The notes beneath the pieces are model-generated. The model searched no databases, was not told the origin of the DNA, and worked only from the letters and a program-made list of their open reading frames with translations. Below, piece after piece: positions 1 through 9,332 of a DNA stretch of 64,000 nt. The stretch spans positions 1,856,001 through 1,920,000 of the forward strand of contig CAWCAG010000005.1 in assembly GCA_963793425.1 (NCBI GenBank), given 5' to 3'. Each line of letters starts with the position of its first letter. Position 1 is the stretch's first letter. The position numbers were made by a program, and so were the translations under genes. This DNA comes from an uncultured cyanobacterium (GTDB lineage: Bacteria; Cyanobacteriota; Cyanobacteriia; Cyanobacteriales; CAWCAG01).

Positions 1-224
1 GTATTCCAAATTGCTAAAGAAATAATTGCTAGGAGTAATAGTGGCCATTCACTAGGTATCTTCAGAAGTAAACCAATAACAATACTCATTGAACCAAGGG
101 TATCGGCTACCGAAAGACTGTGGAGTTTAAATAAAACTGATCTTTTACCAATCAGGGGCAGGGTTCCCCAAAACCAAAAGATCAGGCCGATAATTATGCA
201 ACCATAACTTAAAATATCAATCAT
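1..224 (-). CDS. mrpG: Mrp Na+/H+ antiporter subunit G, runs off the window edge
   Basis: Manual translation from ATG at 224: MIDILSYGCIIIGLIFWFWGTLPLIGKRSVLFKLHSLSVADTLGSM..., with the MrpG KLHxLSxxDTLG motif. ATGA overlap with the mrpF stop. Not in the ORF track. Confidence 0.9.
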   Translation of the reverse strand, partial: MIDILSYGCIIIGLIFWFWGTLPLIGKRSVLFKLHSLSVADTLGSMSIVIGLLLKIPSEWPLLLLAIISLAIWN

Positions 225-478
225 ACTTCGTTCACCCGTTTGATTAAATGTGCTAACAGCATTAACCCTGCATTACCCACACTAAGAATGATGACAGCAA
301 CTACTGCAATTGACCAATCATCACGCAAAACGGAGACAACTAGCATCATGATTGAGGTTTTAGTGGCAATGCTGGCAAAGGCAAGCATTTTTTGCCAAAT
401 ATCATTATCCTGCCAGGCTTCATAAATGGGTATAAGTAAAGCCAAAATCATCGCAATTAAAATAGAATCCATGTTCAA
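221..478 (-). CDS. mrpF: Mrp antiporter subunit F
   Basis: Small protein with three hydrophobic segments, positioned between mrpE and mrpG. Confidence 0.8.
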   Translation of the reverse strand: MNMDSILIAMILALLIPIYEAWQDNDIWQKMLAFASIATKTSIMMLVVSVLRDDWSIAVVAVIILSVGNAGLMLLAHLIKRVNEV

Positions 479-493
479 AACCTATTAAGCTTT

Positions 494-524
494 CACTTAT
501 TACCTATTACTTATTACTTATTAC
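494..524. repeat. Heptamer tandem repeat (TTATTAC)n
   Basis: cttattacctattacttattacttattac between mrpE and mrpF. Confidence 0.8.
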
Positions 525-918
525 TTTTCTTCTTCCTCCTCCTAACCCTATGTACCTCATACCAACCTTGTTCGTGATATTTCAAAACAATAGTCTTTGG
601 GGTGAAGGTAATTAAAAAGATATCGAGAAACACAAGCCCTGGTGTTCGTCTGGGTTTAACTTTTTCGCAAACAAAATCTTCATCATTATGGGGACGAATT
701 ATAATCTCTACGGCTTCTATATAAGCTTGGGGAATGGCGACAACAATCTCCCAAAACACCTGCAACCAATCTGTCAACACTCCTGGGGATTTGTGGCTAT
801 GGGGCAACAACAAAGCAATACTGACACCAATAATAATGTTGGGCAAATTAAAATTACCAGTAAGCAAAAACCAGATTGTCAGTCGCAGTATTATATTGAG
901 ATAGGTAATTGCGTCCAT
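514..918 (-). CDS. mrpE: Mrp antiporter subunit E
   Basis: IWFLLTG..NIIIG and ITFTPKT motifs typical of MnhE/MrpE. Confidence 0.9.
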   Translation of the reverse strand: MDAITYLNIILRLTIWFLLTGNFNLPNIIIGVSIALLLPHSHKSPGVLTDWLQVFWEIVVAIPQAYIEAVEIIIRPHNDEDFVCEKVKPRRTPGLVFLDIFLITFTPKTIVLKYHEQGWYEVHRVRRRKKKSNK

Positions 919-2378
919 ATTATCCAGAAGAGTAAGATTAATATTAGGCTCATAACTCCAATCAGATGATCAAAGTTTTCGCTGCCACGGGGTAGCTTAA
1001 TTGTTAATTTCTTGAAAATAAAAAGATATGCTAGCCAGCCAATAGCAATAGTTACCAGTGGTTTGACAATATTTTTGAGGGTGTAAGCTTCGTAATAAAC
1101 GCCATTGGCAGCAATCAATGCGCCGAGTAAGACAGCCATCGCTAACCAAAAACCCAGCTTTGCCTCTTTCTTTTTGCCCTCTTCGTTAATTGTTTCATCA
1201 TGGGAAATCTCCATTGCACCGTGGGGTAAAAAGATGAATTTAGCAAAGGAAATAGTTGTTCCTAATGCGGCAATATTCATAGCAATAACTTGCCAGGGTA
1301 AGAGATTTTGGGTTGTTAATATCTTTGCTCCAAAACCAGATAGTAAAGGAAAGCCAGAGATAGAAAAACTAGCTATAACTAAAGCAAGCCAAATCTTGGT
1401 ATCAATAGGCTGATGTTGTAATTCTTTGAAGTTACGGCTGGGTAAAACACCCGCAATTAAAAACAGTGCAGACTTTACTAAACCGTGAGTCAGGGCATAA
1501 AAACCAGCTACGGTAGGGGCAGCAAGGACGAAACCTAATTGAGAAATGGTATGAAATGCCAACATCCGCTTGGTATCTTTTTCAAATACGGCATAGCCTA
1601 CTCCTAATAGTGCTGTACTAACACCGAAAAGCCTCACGATGGGATCAATTTCTTCTAATATCAGCGCCAAACGCACTAAGGGAAATACCCCGGCTTTAAC
1701 CACTACTCCCGATAGCATTGCCGATACGGGGGTTTCTGATTCAGAGTGGGTTAAGGGCAACCATAACCCTGAGACAAAAATACCACCTTTAACTAACAAT
1801 CCTAAAAAAATTAGGGCGATCGCTTCTGGGGGAGAATTTTGCAAACCAGCAAAGTTAAAGGAATGATTGCTTTGATATACCAATGCTGCACCCACCAGAT
1901 AAAACAGCATTGCTGTATTGCTAACAAAGAGATAACGCAATGCTACCCAAATAGCCCGATCACTACGAGGATAAGCAATTAGTAGGAATGCGGCAATACT
2001 AATTACTTCTAGGGCTACATACAAACTAATGAAATCTGCACAAACAAAAGTAGCGTTAACACTGCCATGCAAAATCACTATCTGCATATAAAAAAAAGCT
2101 GTTTTGGCGCTTTGCCAACAGTAAAAAACAACCGCTGCTGTTACTAAGGCGTTAGTTAAAATAAAAAAGCCACTTAGTTGATCGATGGCTAAAGTAACAC
2201 CAAAATTATCTAATAACTGTATATCTAAAGGTGAGGGTTCTAAAAATATTTGTAAGCTATAGACAGCAGAAACTAATGCTATGCCTAGGGCAAAAAAGCG
2301 ATCTAGTTTGGGTAGTAGATAAATAACAAACCCAACAAAAAATGGTAAAGCAATCCAGGCGATCGTAATATTGGTCAT
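891..2378 (-). CDS. mrpD: Mrp antiporter subunit D (proton-conducting membrane subunit)
   Basis: Polytopic; WLPLTHSES, SAMLSGVVVK and KRMLAFHTISQLG motifs. Confidence 0.93.
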   Translation of the reverse strand: MTNITIAWIALPFFVGFVIYLLPKLDRFFALGIALVSAVYSLQIFLEPSPLDIQLLDNFGVTLAIDQLSGFFILTNALVTAAVVFYCWQSAKTAFFYMQIVILHGSVNATFVCADFISLYVALEVISIAAFLLIAYPRSDRAIWVALRYLFVSNTAMLFYLVGAALVYQSNHSFNFAGLQNSPPEAIALIFLGLLVKGGIFVSGLWLPLTHSESETPVSAMLSGVVVKAGVFPLVRLALILEEIDPIVRLFGVSTALLGVGYAVFEKDTKRMLAFHTISQLGFVLAAPTVAGFYALTHGLVKSALFLIAGVLPSRNFKELQHQPIDTKIWLALVIASFSISGFPLLSGFGAKILTTQNLLPWQVIAMNIAALGTTISFAKFIFLPHGAMEISHDETINEEGKKKEAKLGFWLAMAVLLGALIAANGVYYEAYTLKNIVKPLVTIAIGWLAYLFIFKKLTIKLPRGSENFDHLIGVMSLILILLFWIIWTQLPISI

Positions 2379-2710
2379 GGCTGATTATTCTTTTCTATCG
2401 CCCTAGCTTCTAATGTAGGATTATCTCTAGCTAACTTCATTACCCCTACCAGCATCAAAGCTTGAATTGAAAAGCCAATCACAATCGCTGTCAAAATAAC
2501 TGCCTGGGGAACAGGATCTGCATAATTCACTTCTTTAGCATTAGCAACAATTGGTGTATACAAACCATTTCGCGATGCTACTAGGACATAATAGGCAATT
2601 ACCCCCGTACTCATAATGTCCATTGAGACAATTTTCATTACCAAATTTTTTTTAAAAATAATACCGAAAAATCCACATAATACGGTAAAGAATATACAAG
2701 CTTCTAACAT
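2375..2710 (-). CDS. mrpC: Mrp antiporter subunit C
   Basis: DPVPQAVILTAIVIG signature. Confidence 0.95.
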   Translation of the reverse strand: MLEACIFFTVLCGFFGIIFKKNLVMKIVSMDIMSTGVIAYYVLVASRNGLYTPIVANAKEVNYADPVPQAVILTAIVIGFSIQALMLVGVMKLARDNPTLEARAIEKNNQP

Positions 2711-3077
2711 TGCTATTAATTATTTTTTCTTAAAAATGAAATCAAAAAAGAACTCAGACTAATTGTAACTTTGTAAAAAAAGTTAACTAGCAGTGTTTAA
2801 TAAGATTAAATAGCCTAAAAGCATAACCTATCTCAAGAAATATATTTACTTAAGTCTATCATTTAAAAAGTTTTAATTGATTTAAATCTATATTTTGATT
2901 TTACATTAATAACAGGAAAAAGCAATATTCGCAGGTAATAAGCTTTCTTAATACTATGATTAAGGAGAACTAATACATTTAGCTGTTCGCGAACTCTTTG
3001 AGAGATCGTTTTTTCTATCATGCCTTCCTGTCTTTCTACCGAATAGGTGGTATAGATTAATTATATAAATGCTAAAC

Positions 3078-3097
3078 GGTGCGTTCCTGCACCCTAC
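3078..3097 (-). repeat. Short GTAG-type REP-like palindrome
   Basis: Reverse complement reads GTAG-GGTGCAGGAACGCACC (GGTGC/GCACC stem with GTAG foot). Confidence 0.55.
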
Positions 3098-3116
3098 AGG
3101 AGCTAATTCAAAATTT

Positions 3117-4619
3117 ATGTCCAAGACATCTTCACAGTTTAAATTCCTTCGCTGCCTAGTTTTGTGTATTGGGTTTATCGCTAGCCCTAGCAGTGTAATG
3201 GCTCAAATCGCGGCATTACAAGCCAATGAACTAACCGATATACCAGACAACGATTATGAAGTAGACTCCGTTGAAATTGAGGAGAATAGTCCTAGCGATC
3301 GCCCACTTTCTGAATCGGGAGAACTTACCTTTGAATTTATTACCCCCCAGAGTACTGACTCAACTGATACAGACACAGCTATAGACACCAAAACTGAAAG
3401 CGAAGATGGGATTGTTATTGATCAAGACAATACTGCTCAGCAGATAGCCCAAAAAAAGTCGAAGAAAAAGAGTAAGAAATTTAAAAAGGGTAAGAAGTTT
3501 AAAAAATATTGTAGCCTCTTCTTTGAAGGCAAGGTTACTAAGGGTGCAGAGTTCAACGCTACAGGCAATTTTAGCTCTGCGACATTAATCCAAGTTTTTG
3601 ACGACGAAGCGGCATACTTATCAGGGGCTTCGGCAATACAAACTATCGAATACTCCACAGCCTCTAGCGAAGCTATTTCCGTGGGGGATCAAATTGGTAG
3701 CTTAACTGTTAAGACATCTCAAACAGAGCAACTTACCTTTCAATACCTCTCTGCAACGGATACTGATTATACAGATGTAGTTATAGCTCAGACAGACAAG
3801 GGATATGGGGCTGTATCTGGCATTGTTGATGCCGATGACGAAGCTTACGTTGTTGTCTCTGACGGCAGAAAAGGCAAGAAGTGTAAGAAATTCAAGCGGG
3901 TTAGAAAGTGCAAAAAAGGCGCTAAACTCACTAGCCAAGGAAACATTGCTGCTGGAGGTGAATATATCGAAGCGGTTGATTGTAGTGCTGACACACTCGT
4001 ACAAATTTTTGATGACTCACCGGAGTTCATCTTTCCTGATGTTCGTAAAAGCTACTGGGCAAGTCGTTTTATCTATCGGCTATCTGCCCTACAAATTGTG
4101 CAAGGTTTTCCGGATCGAGACTTCTTACCTGAAGCTGCCATAACCCAAGCGCAGTTTGCGGCAATTGTTAGCAACGCCTTTAATGTCTCTCGGATCAGGC
4201 AGGCGACTGTAGTGGAAAGCATTTCCAGAGACTACTGGGGCCACGGATATCTTCAGAATGCTTATTCGATGGGCTTCATCGACATCACTAGCAATAATTT
4301 TAATGTCGGGCAACGCCTCACTAAGCTAAATGTATTGACTTCCATTGCTAAAGGGTTGGGATATACGCAAATAACTTCCGGCAGAAGCGTTGAAGATATC
4401 TTGAGTATCTTTAGCGATGCCAATAGTATCCCGGTTAGCGATCGCACTTACATTGCAGCGTTGGTTGAAAGAGGTATTTTAGTGAACTACCCCAACCTCA
4501 ACACCCTGAATGTCAACCAAGTCATTTCCCGGGCCGAAACCTGTGCCATCGTGCATCAAGCCCTAGTAAGCATGGGACAATTTGAAGCCATCGGTTCCGA
4601 CTATATCATCTCCCAATAG
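3117..4619 (+). CDS. Secreted S-layer homology (SLH) domain protein with a duplicated N-terminal module
   Basis: Signal peptide from ATG 3117 with AGGAG upstream (the ORF track starts at 3069). C-terminal SLH repeats FPDV..YWA..GFPD..F.P...IT.AQFA and SRAETCAIVHQAL. Confidence 0.85.
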   Translation: MSKTSSQFKFLRCLVLCIGFIASPSSVMAQIAALQANELTDIPDNDYEVDSVEIEENSPSDRPLSESGELTFEFITPQSTDSTDTDTAIDTKTESEDGIVIDQDNTAQQIAQKKSKKKSKKFKKGKKFKKYCSLFFEGKVTKGAEFNATGNFSSATLIQVFDDEAAYLSGASAIQTIEYSTASSEAISVGDQIGSLTVKTSQTEQLTFQYLSATDTDYTDVVIAQTDKGYGAVSGIVDADDEAYVVVSDGRKGKKCKKFKRVRKCKKGAKLTSQGNIAAGGEYIEAVDCSADTLVQIFDDSPEFIFPDVRKSYWASRFIYRLSALQIVQGFPDRDFLPEAAITQAQFAAIVSNAFNVSRIRQATVVESISRDYWGHGYLQNAYSMGFIDITSNNFNVGQRLTKLNVLTSIAKGLGYTQITSGRSVEDILSIFSDANSIPVSDRTYIAALVERGILVNYPNLNTLNVNQVISRAETCAIVHQALVSMGQFEAIGSDYIISQ

Positions 4620-4623
4620 AAAA

Positions 4624-4692
4624 GTAGGGTGGGTTAGGTGGCAATTAAACCTGAACCATAACTAACTAATCTTCATGCTACCGTAACCCACC
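4624..4692 (+). repeat. GTAG-type REP-like palindrome
   Basis: GTAG-GGTGGGTTA...TAACCCACC, 9-bp stem with a long loop, just after the SLH gene stop. Confidence 0.7.
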
Positions 4693-5209
4693 TATGCCGA
4701 ACTTGATAACCCTGATGAGCTAACTGGAAAAAGCTGTTGTACAAGCAAAGTTTGACTGGCAAGTCTTTATCTACAAAAACCGTGTTTTGTCAAATAAAGT
4801 TTTCTCTTGTTACATAAGTTAATCTGAATCTGTGGCCCTTTCAAGCTTTTCAGAGAAGAAAATGAATTTTAGAATGACCATAAATCAGGATTTGAGGAGA
4901 AGAAACCCAATTTTAGATATAAAAATACTAAAATAACATGAAGTAATAATAGCTCAAAAGGCGTAATTGTGTAAAGAAGGGTCTTGACAAAAGCGGATTA
5001 TTAACTTTTGCAAAATTTGTTTTTCTAATAAGTAGTTACAACAAGGTACAACAAAACTAATCTTTTAAAGTAACGGCATAGATGAAATTAAAGACAATTC
5101 CCAGAGCATTTTTAAGCGATCGCCTTGTTATCTCAAAATTACTTGACATCCAAAACAGTCGCTACCTAATAAAGCCCAACTTTCATCGTTAGGACGTTCA
5201 AAAAAAAAC

Positions 5210-7174
5210 TTGATACGTCCTGTTTTTCCATCTAAAACACCCATGTCTAACCTCTCAATTCAGGTTTATAAAAATCTCAATTCGAGTCACTCTCCAGAAA
5301 TACGTTTACCCACAAACCTTTCCCCATCAGACTTAAGCAATCCTGTCTTAATCAAAACTGCTCAAGACTTGTTTACTGAAAATGGTGTTCTTGTCATTAA
5401 GGATCTCTTTGCCAAAGACTTGATTGCTGAACTAAGTCAATCATTTTCTGAGCAATACAACCCTTACTTTGAAGATAAAAATCACGCAGATGCCTTAGAA
5501 GTCGGCGTTAAGCGGAAAATGATCACCATCAATTTTCAGGCTCCCTTCAACAACCGGGACTTGTATGGCAATCCCTTCTTAATGCACTTAATGAAAGCCT
5601 TGCTGGGGAAGGATTTTATTCTCGGTAGTTTTGGCGCTGTTATTGCTCTTCCGGGAGCTGAACAACAACACATTCACCAAGATCACCCAGCCCTCTTTGA
5701 AGATGAAGCTTTGGCTCTGCAACTGCCTAGTTTTGCTATCACCGTTGTTGTTCCCCTAATTGATTTGACACCAGCTACGGGATCTACCCAAGTGTGGAAA
5801 GGTAGTCATCGCCTCTCCCCCTCAGAAGAATTGGAGGATAAAAAATCATCGGTTCCCTTTGTGTCAACCGGGTCTTGTTACTTAATGGACTATCAACTGT
5901 GGCATGGAGGAACACCGAATATTTCCCACCAGGTACGTCCCATTCTCTATATAGTCTACTATCGCTCTTGGTTTCAAGAAACTGTTAATTACGACAACCA
6001 AGCCCGCGTCTCTATTACCCAAAGTGAGTATCAAAAAATACCGGAAACCCATAAGTTTCTCTTTGCTAGACTTCAGGAGTTTTTTCAATTCAGTCAACTT
6101 GACAATCTCCAGGAAAATGCTCAGCTTCCTTCCCAAGAGCAAAGTCAATTAACAGCCTCTGAACAAGCCGAGCGTTTAAGCGAAATTGCTAAGCAAGCTC
6201 TCACTAATTATGGATTTGAGCAGGCTTCACTACAACTAATTTCTAACGGCGAAAATACGGTTTTTGCTGTTGATGCCCCTAATGCACCTATCCCTCAACA
6301 AAATTGCTATTCACCTTCTCGCTTTGCTTTAAGGATTCATCGCCCCAACTATCTACCCCTTGAGGCTATCGACTCAGAATTACGCTGGCTACAATTCTCA
6401 AGCCAAGAAGCAAAACTACCTGTACCTCAGCCAATACCAACCTTAGCAGGCAAACTCTGTACTTTAATCAAAGTTCAGGGAGTAAGCCAGCCTCGTGTCT
6501 GTTCCTTAACACGATGGTTAAAGGGTAATTCACCTTTAGAGCAAGAAGAGTCACAACTCCTGCAATTTGAGTCTGTTGGTCGCCTTTTAGGGCAATTGCA
6601 TTACTATGCTGAACATTGGTCGAAACCAGAAGATTTTACTCGACCACATTGGGATTGGAATGGTTTATTTGGAAACATGGCAGGCTACAGCAATGATGGA
6701 GAGAGAGTTTGGGAGTTGACTCCGCAACCCTACAAAAACTTGTTTGCAAGGGTTAGCCAACAATTCCAAAAAACCGTTGCCTTGTTAGAAGAAGATCCCA
6801 GTCAGTTTGGTTTAATTCATGGGGATTTTTGGGCAGGCAATCTCCTGATTAATGAGCAGGAAATAGGCGTTATTGATTTTGCTGATTGTGGCTTTGGTTA
6901 TTGGATCTACGATTTAGCTCGGTTTTTAAATGACTTTATAGCAGAGCCAGACTTCCCTTTGTATTTAGATAAGCTTTTACACGGTTATAACCAAATTAGA
7001 CCCTTTCCAGAGGAGCAGTTACCCCATCTCAATACGTTTATTGCGGCTCAATATGCAGCCTATGGTTTGTGGCAGGTGAATCGCGCCCAAGATCATCCTT
7101 CTTTCCGAGCTACGTTAGAGGAAGAGTTGGCAGATACGGCTATGTGGATTGAGCAGCTTATGGCAGTGGGTTGA
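5210..7174 (+). CDS. PhyH-family Fe(II)/2-oxoglutarate dioxygenase fused to an APH/homoserine-kinase-II-like phosphotransferase
   Basis: N-domain HQD...WHGG..N...R facial triad; C-domain ALRIHR, LIHGDFWAGN and IGVIDFAD. Real start may be the ATG at 5243. Confidence 0.88.
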   Translation: MIRPVFPSKTPMSNLSIQVYKNLNSSHSPEIRLPTNLSPSDLSNPVLIKTAQDLFTENGVLVIKDLFAKDLIAELSQSFSEQYNPYFEDKNHADALEVGVKRKMITINFQAPFNNRDLYGNPFLMHLMKALLGKDFILGSFGAVIALPGAEQQHIHQDHPALFEDEALALQLPSFAITVVVPLIDLTPATGSTQVWKGSHRLSPSEELEDKKSSVPFVSTGSCYLMDYQLWHGGTPNISHQVRPILYIVYYRSWFQETVNYDNQARVSITQSEYQKIPETHKFLFARLQEFFQFSQLDNLQENAQLPSQEQSQLTASEQAERLSEIAKQALTNYGFEQASLQLISNGENTVFAVDAPNAPIPQQNCYSPSRFALRIHRPNYLPLEAIDSELRWLQFSSQEAKLPVPQPIPTLAGKLCTLIKVQGVSQPRVCSLTRWLKGNSPLEQEESQLLQFESVGRLLGQLHYYAEHWSKPEDFTRPHWDWNGLFGNMAGYSNDGERVWELTPQPYKNLFARVSQQFQKTVALLEEDPSQFGLIHGDFWAGNLLINEQEIGVIDFADCGFGYWIYDLARFLNDFIAEPDFPLYLDKLLHGYNQIRPFPEEQLPHLNTFIAAQYAAYGLWQVNRAQDHPSFRATLEEELADTAMWIEQLMAVG

Positions 7175-7248
7175 TGAAAATATCATTGACAATTCTGAAA
7201 TCAAAAAGCCAATAAACTTAAAGTTACTCCCCTGCGATTTGTAAAATG

Positions 7249-7360
7249 GTTGTAGACGGCTACTGGAATGATGATGCGGGTATAAAGTTTTTGTAATAAG
7301 TCTAGTTGCCCGATAGCTGCTAGATTCGTAATAGGCGATATATCTACTAACAACAATCAC
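7249..7360 (-). pseudogene. DUF3368/PIN-like toxin fragment, frameshifted and truncated
   Basis: GTG ATT GTT GTT AGT, then one extra base, then GAT ATA TCG CCT... gives MIVVS/DISPITNLAAIGQLDLLQKLYTRIIIPVAVYN, after which similarity stops. Coupled to the UPF0175 stop. Confidence 0.8.
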
Positions 7361-7560
7361 AATAGCCTCATGGATTGCAAAGTTTTAACATCCGCCTCAA
7401 AATCCTCTACATCATAGTTGATGCAAAGCCCACGCTTAGCGAGTTCATGTTGGAATTCAATTACTGTTAATCCAGTCCAAGCACGAACTTTGCCACTACT
7501 AATTTTCTCTTGCTTGTAGAGCATAATAGCAATTTCTAATTTTAATTTAGCCTTACTCAT
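7357..7560 (-). CDS. UPF0175-family putative antitoxin, probably N-terminally truncated
   Basis: LKLEIAIMLYKQEKISSGK...F..EL.KRG..INYD.ED pattern. The upstream part of the track ORF (to 7620) overlaps the neighbouring gene. Confidence 0.75.
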   Translation of the reverse strand: MSKAKLKLEIAIMLYKQEKISSGKVRAWTGLTVIEFQHELAKRGLCINYDVEDFEADVKTLQSMRLL

Positions 7561-8551
7561 CTTGTAGCTTTGATAATACGTTTTGGCGATATCTATCTGC
7601 CATTTCTTCTGCTTTTTCATAGAGATGTGTTGCAGATACTTGAGAAATTGTAGAGATACTTAACAATGCACAGCATCCTACAATGTCAACAAATACACCG
7701 TATGACTTGACCCTATGCACTTTACCATCCACTAGTTGACCCAGTTTTAAAGTCGAGAACCTGGCCTGAGTCTCAAGACGTACACGCTTAGGATCTCGTT
7801 CACGGCTAGATATTCTAATATTTTCAAACCCTGGCTCAATTTCAGATATTCGTTTCTTATACCAATCTGAATCCAATTCATTCAAAATAAGATCGGCGAG
7901 GAGATTTTGGTATAGACTAACGAAGGCACAAGATTCATATATTTGCCCACGATGTGCAAACAGAGCAATTTTAGAGAGAGCATCGTATAAAACAACTAAC
8001 CATTGTTGCTCTGTAGTCAGAGATTGCTCCAAACATTTACGCCCAGTTTCAGGAACTCTTCCATGTCCTCCTCCATAGATAGCCAGTCGTGTTTTCCATT
8101 TCCTGTCAGGAAGATTTACAGGCTGGAGTAATGAGTTCCAATTCAGGTTGCTTAGACTATTAATATAAGACCATTCTGTGGGATAATACCGATTCTTAAT
8201 AAATTCAAGAATGCCTTCACAAAAAGCCTTGATTAATTCATTACTTTTAATTGAAACACCAAGGCGCGTTAGATTATCTTCGCCACAAAACCAAGGCTCT
8301 ATATGAAAGTACAAAACCTCATTATTTATTCTTTCTGCCAAAAGCTCAACCCCTCTACCCTCTTCATCAATAATCATCCTTGCAGGTAGTTGAGAATCTT
8401 GAATCTGTCCAAGCCAGATATAAATTTCTTTGTAGGGGTCAAATGTAGCCGATGTCGAGATTTGAGTACAGACATCATTAGATTCTATACGAATCAAAAT
8501 CCAACCCCGTAGAATTTTTTGACCCCTAGATTGAGTAAGTGTAACTCTCAT
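7553..8551 (-). CDS. Hypothetical protein with an incomplete C-terminal S1 RNA-binding domain
   Basis: LKLGQLVDGKVHRVKSYGVFVDI..ALLSISTIS (first half of S1) joined directly to LYEKAEEMADRYRQ, which resembles the cyanobacterial Rps1 tail. Confidence 0.7.
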   Translation of the reverse strand: MRVTLTQSRGQKILRGWILIRIESNDVCTQISTSATFDPYKEIYIWLGQIQDSQLPARMIIDEEGRGVELLAERINNEVLYFHIEPWFCGEDNLTRLGVSIKSNELIKAFCEGILEFIKNRYYPTEWSYINSLSNLNWNSLLQPVNLPDRKWKTRLAIYGGGHGRVPETGRKCLEQSLTTEQQWLVVLYDALSKIALFAHRGQIYESCAFVSLYQNLLADLILNELDSDWYKKRISEIEPGFENIRISSRERDPKRVRLETQARFSTLKLGQLVDGKVHRVKSYGVFVDIVGCCALLSISTISQVSATHLYEKAEEMADRYRQNVLSKLQDE

Positions 8552-8599
8552 AAATTCAGATTGATATTTATTTAAGCGCCTGGAGATGACATTAGCTTA

Positions 8600-8686
8600 T
8601 TACCAATGACAGTCGGGCGCAATAAAATGAATTTATTAGTCTATGAACCGAGTCAGGAGGTTATTTTGCAATGGATCAAAAATTGA
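8600..8686 (+). pseudogene. xisH: XisH C-terminal remnant
   Basis: Reads ...RNKMNLLVYEPSQEVILQWIKN*, matching the XisH C-terminus and overlapping the xisI start as in intact xisHI pairs. Confidence 0.7.
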
Positions 8687-8982
8687 GTTATGCCGACATT
8701 CTGAAAAAGACGGTGCAAGAGGCGGTTATTGATCAACCTCGCTTACAAGCAATCAAACTTTATCCTGTTTGCGATCTAGAGTCAGGCCACTTTCTCGTTT
8801 TAGCGACAGGTTGGAATAAGCAACGCTGGATGGATACTATTCTGTTTCATGCTCGTTTGGTTGAGCAGCAAATTATTATCGAAGAAGATAACTTTGAAGA
8901 GAGCTTAACTCAGGCACTGATTGCTGGTGGTGTTAAGCAAGAGGATATTGTGGTTCATTTAGAGCCTCTACTTTTATCCTAA
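8671..8982 (+). CDS. xisI: XisI-family protein
   Basis: D....HFLVLATGW...RW....FH..L...I.IEED..E..L...L..GV..EDIV pattern. Confidence 0.88.
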   Translation: MDQKLSYADILKKTVQEAVIDQPRLQAIKLYPVCDLESGHFLVLATGWNKQRWMDTILFHARLVEQQIIIEEDNFEESLTQALIAGGVKQEDIVVHLEPLLLS

Positions 8983-9059
8983 CGACCATAACCCAATTTG
9001 GAGGCTACACAAGTCTTCATCAAATTTTGATCTCACCAGAGTTGTTAAACTAGACAAAC

Positions 9060-9305
9060 ATGACATTCACGTTAAGGCAAAGCTCTATGCTCAAAGACTC
9101 CCAGATTATTAGCATATCTCCTGAAGTTATGGGTGGGACTCCAGTTTTCGCTGGAACTAGAGTTCCTGTGCAGACGTTTCTAGACTATCTCAAAGCAGGG
9201 GAATCGATTAACGATTTTTTGGATGGATTTCCCAGCGTGACAAAAGCACAAGTTATTTCCTTTCTTGAAGAGGTGGGAAAGCAACTGGTTAATGCGATCA
9301 GCTAA
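9060..9305 (+). CDS. DUF433-family antitoxin-like protein, orphan
   Basis: PEVMGGTPVFAGTRVPVQ..LDYL.AG..I..FL..FP signature. Likely start is the ATG at 9087. Confidence 0.9.
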   Translation: MTFTLRQSSMLKDSQIISISPEVMGGTPVFAGTRVPVQTFLDYLKAGESINDFLDGFPSVTKAQVISFLEEVGKQLVNAIS

Positions 9306-9332
9306 AATTTAATTTTTATACGAATAAGAGCT

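Noticed and set aside
7115..7360. 81-aa track ORF MIVVSRYIAYY...
   Set aside because: Out-of-frame reading of the frameshifted DUF3368 pseudogene.
8976..9050. Possible integron attC (CCTAAC...GTTAAAC) after xisI
   Set aside because: No internal palindrome, no similar sites at other junctions and no integrase.
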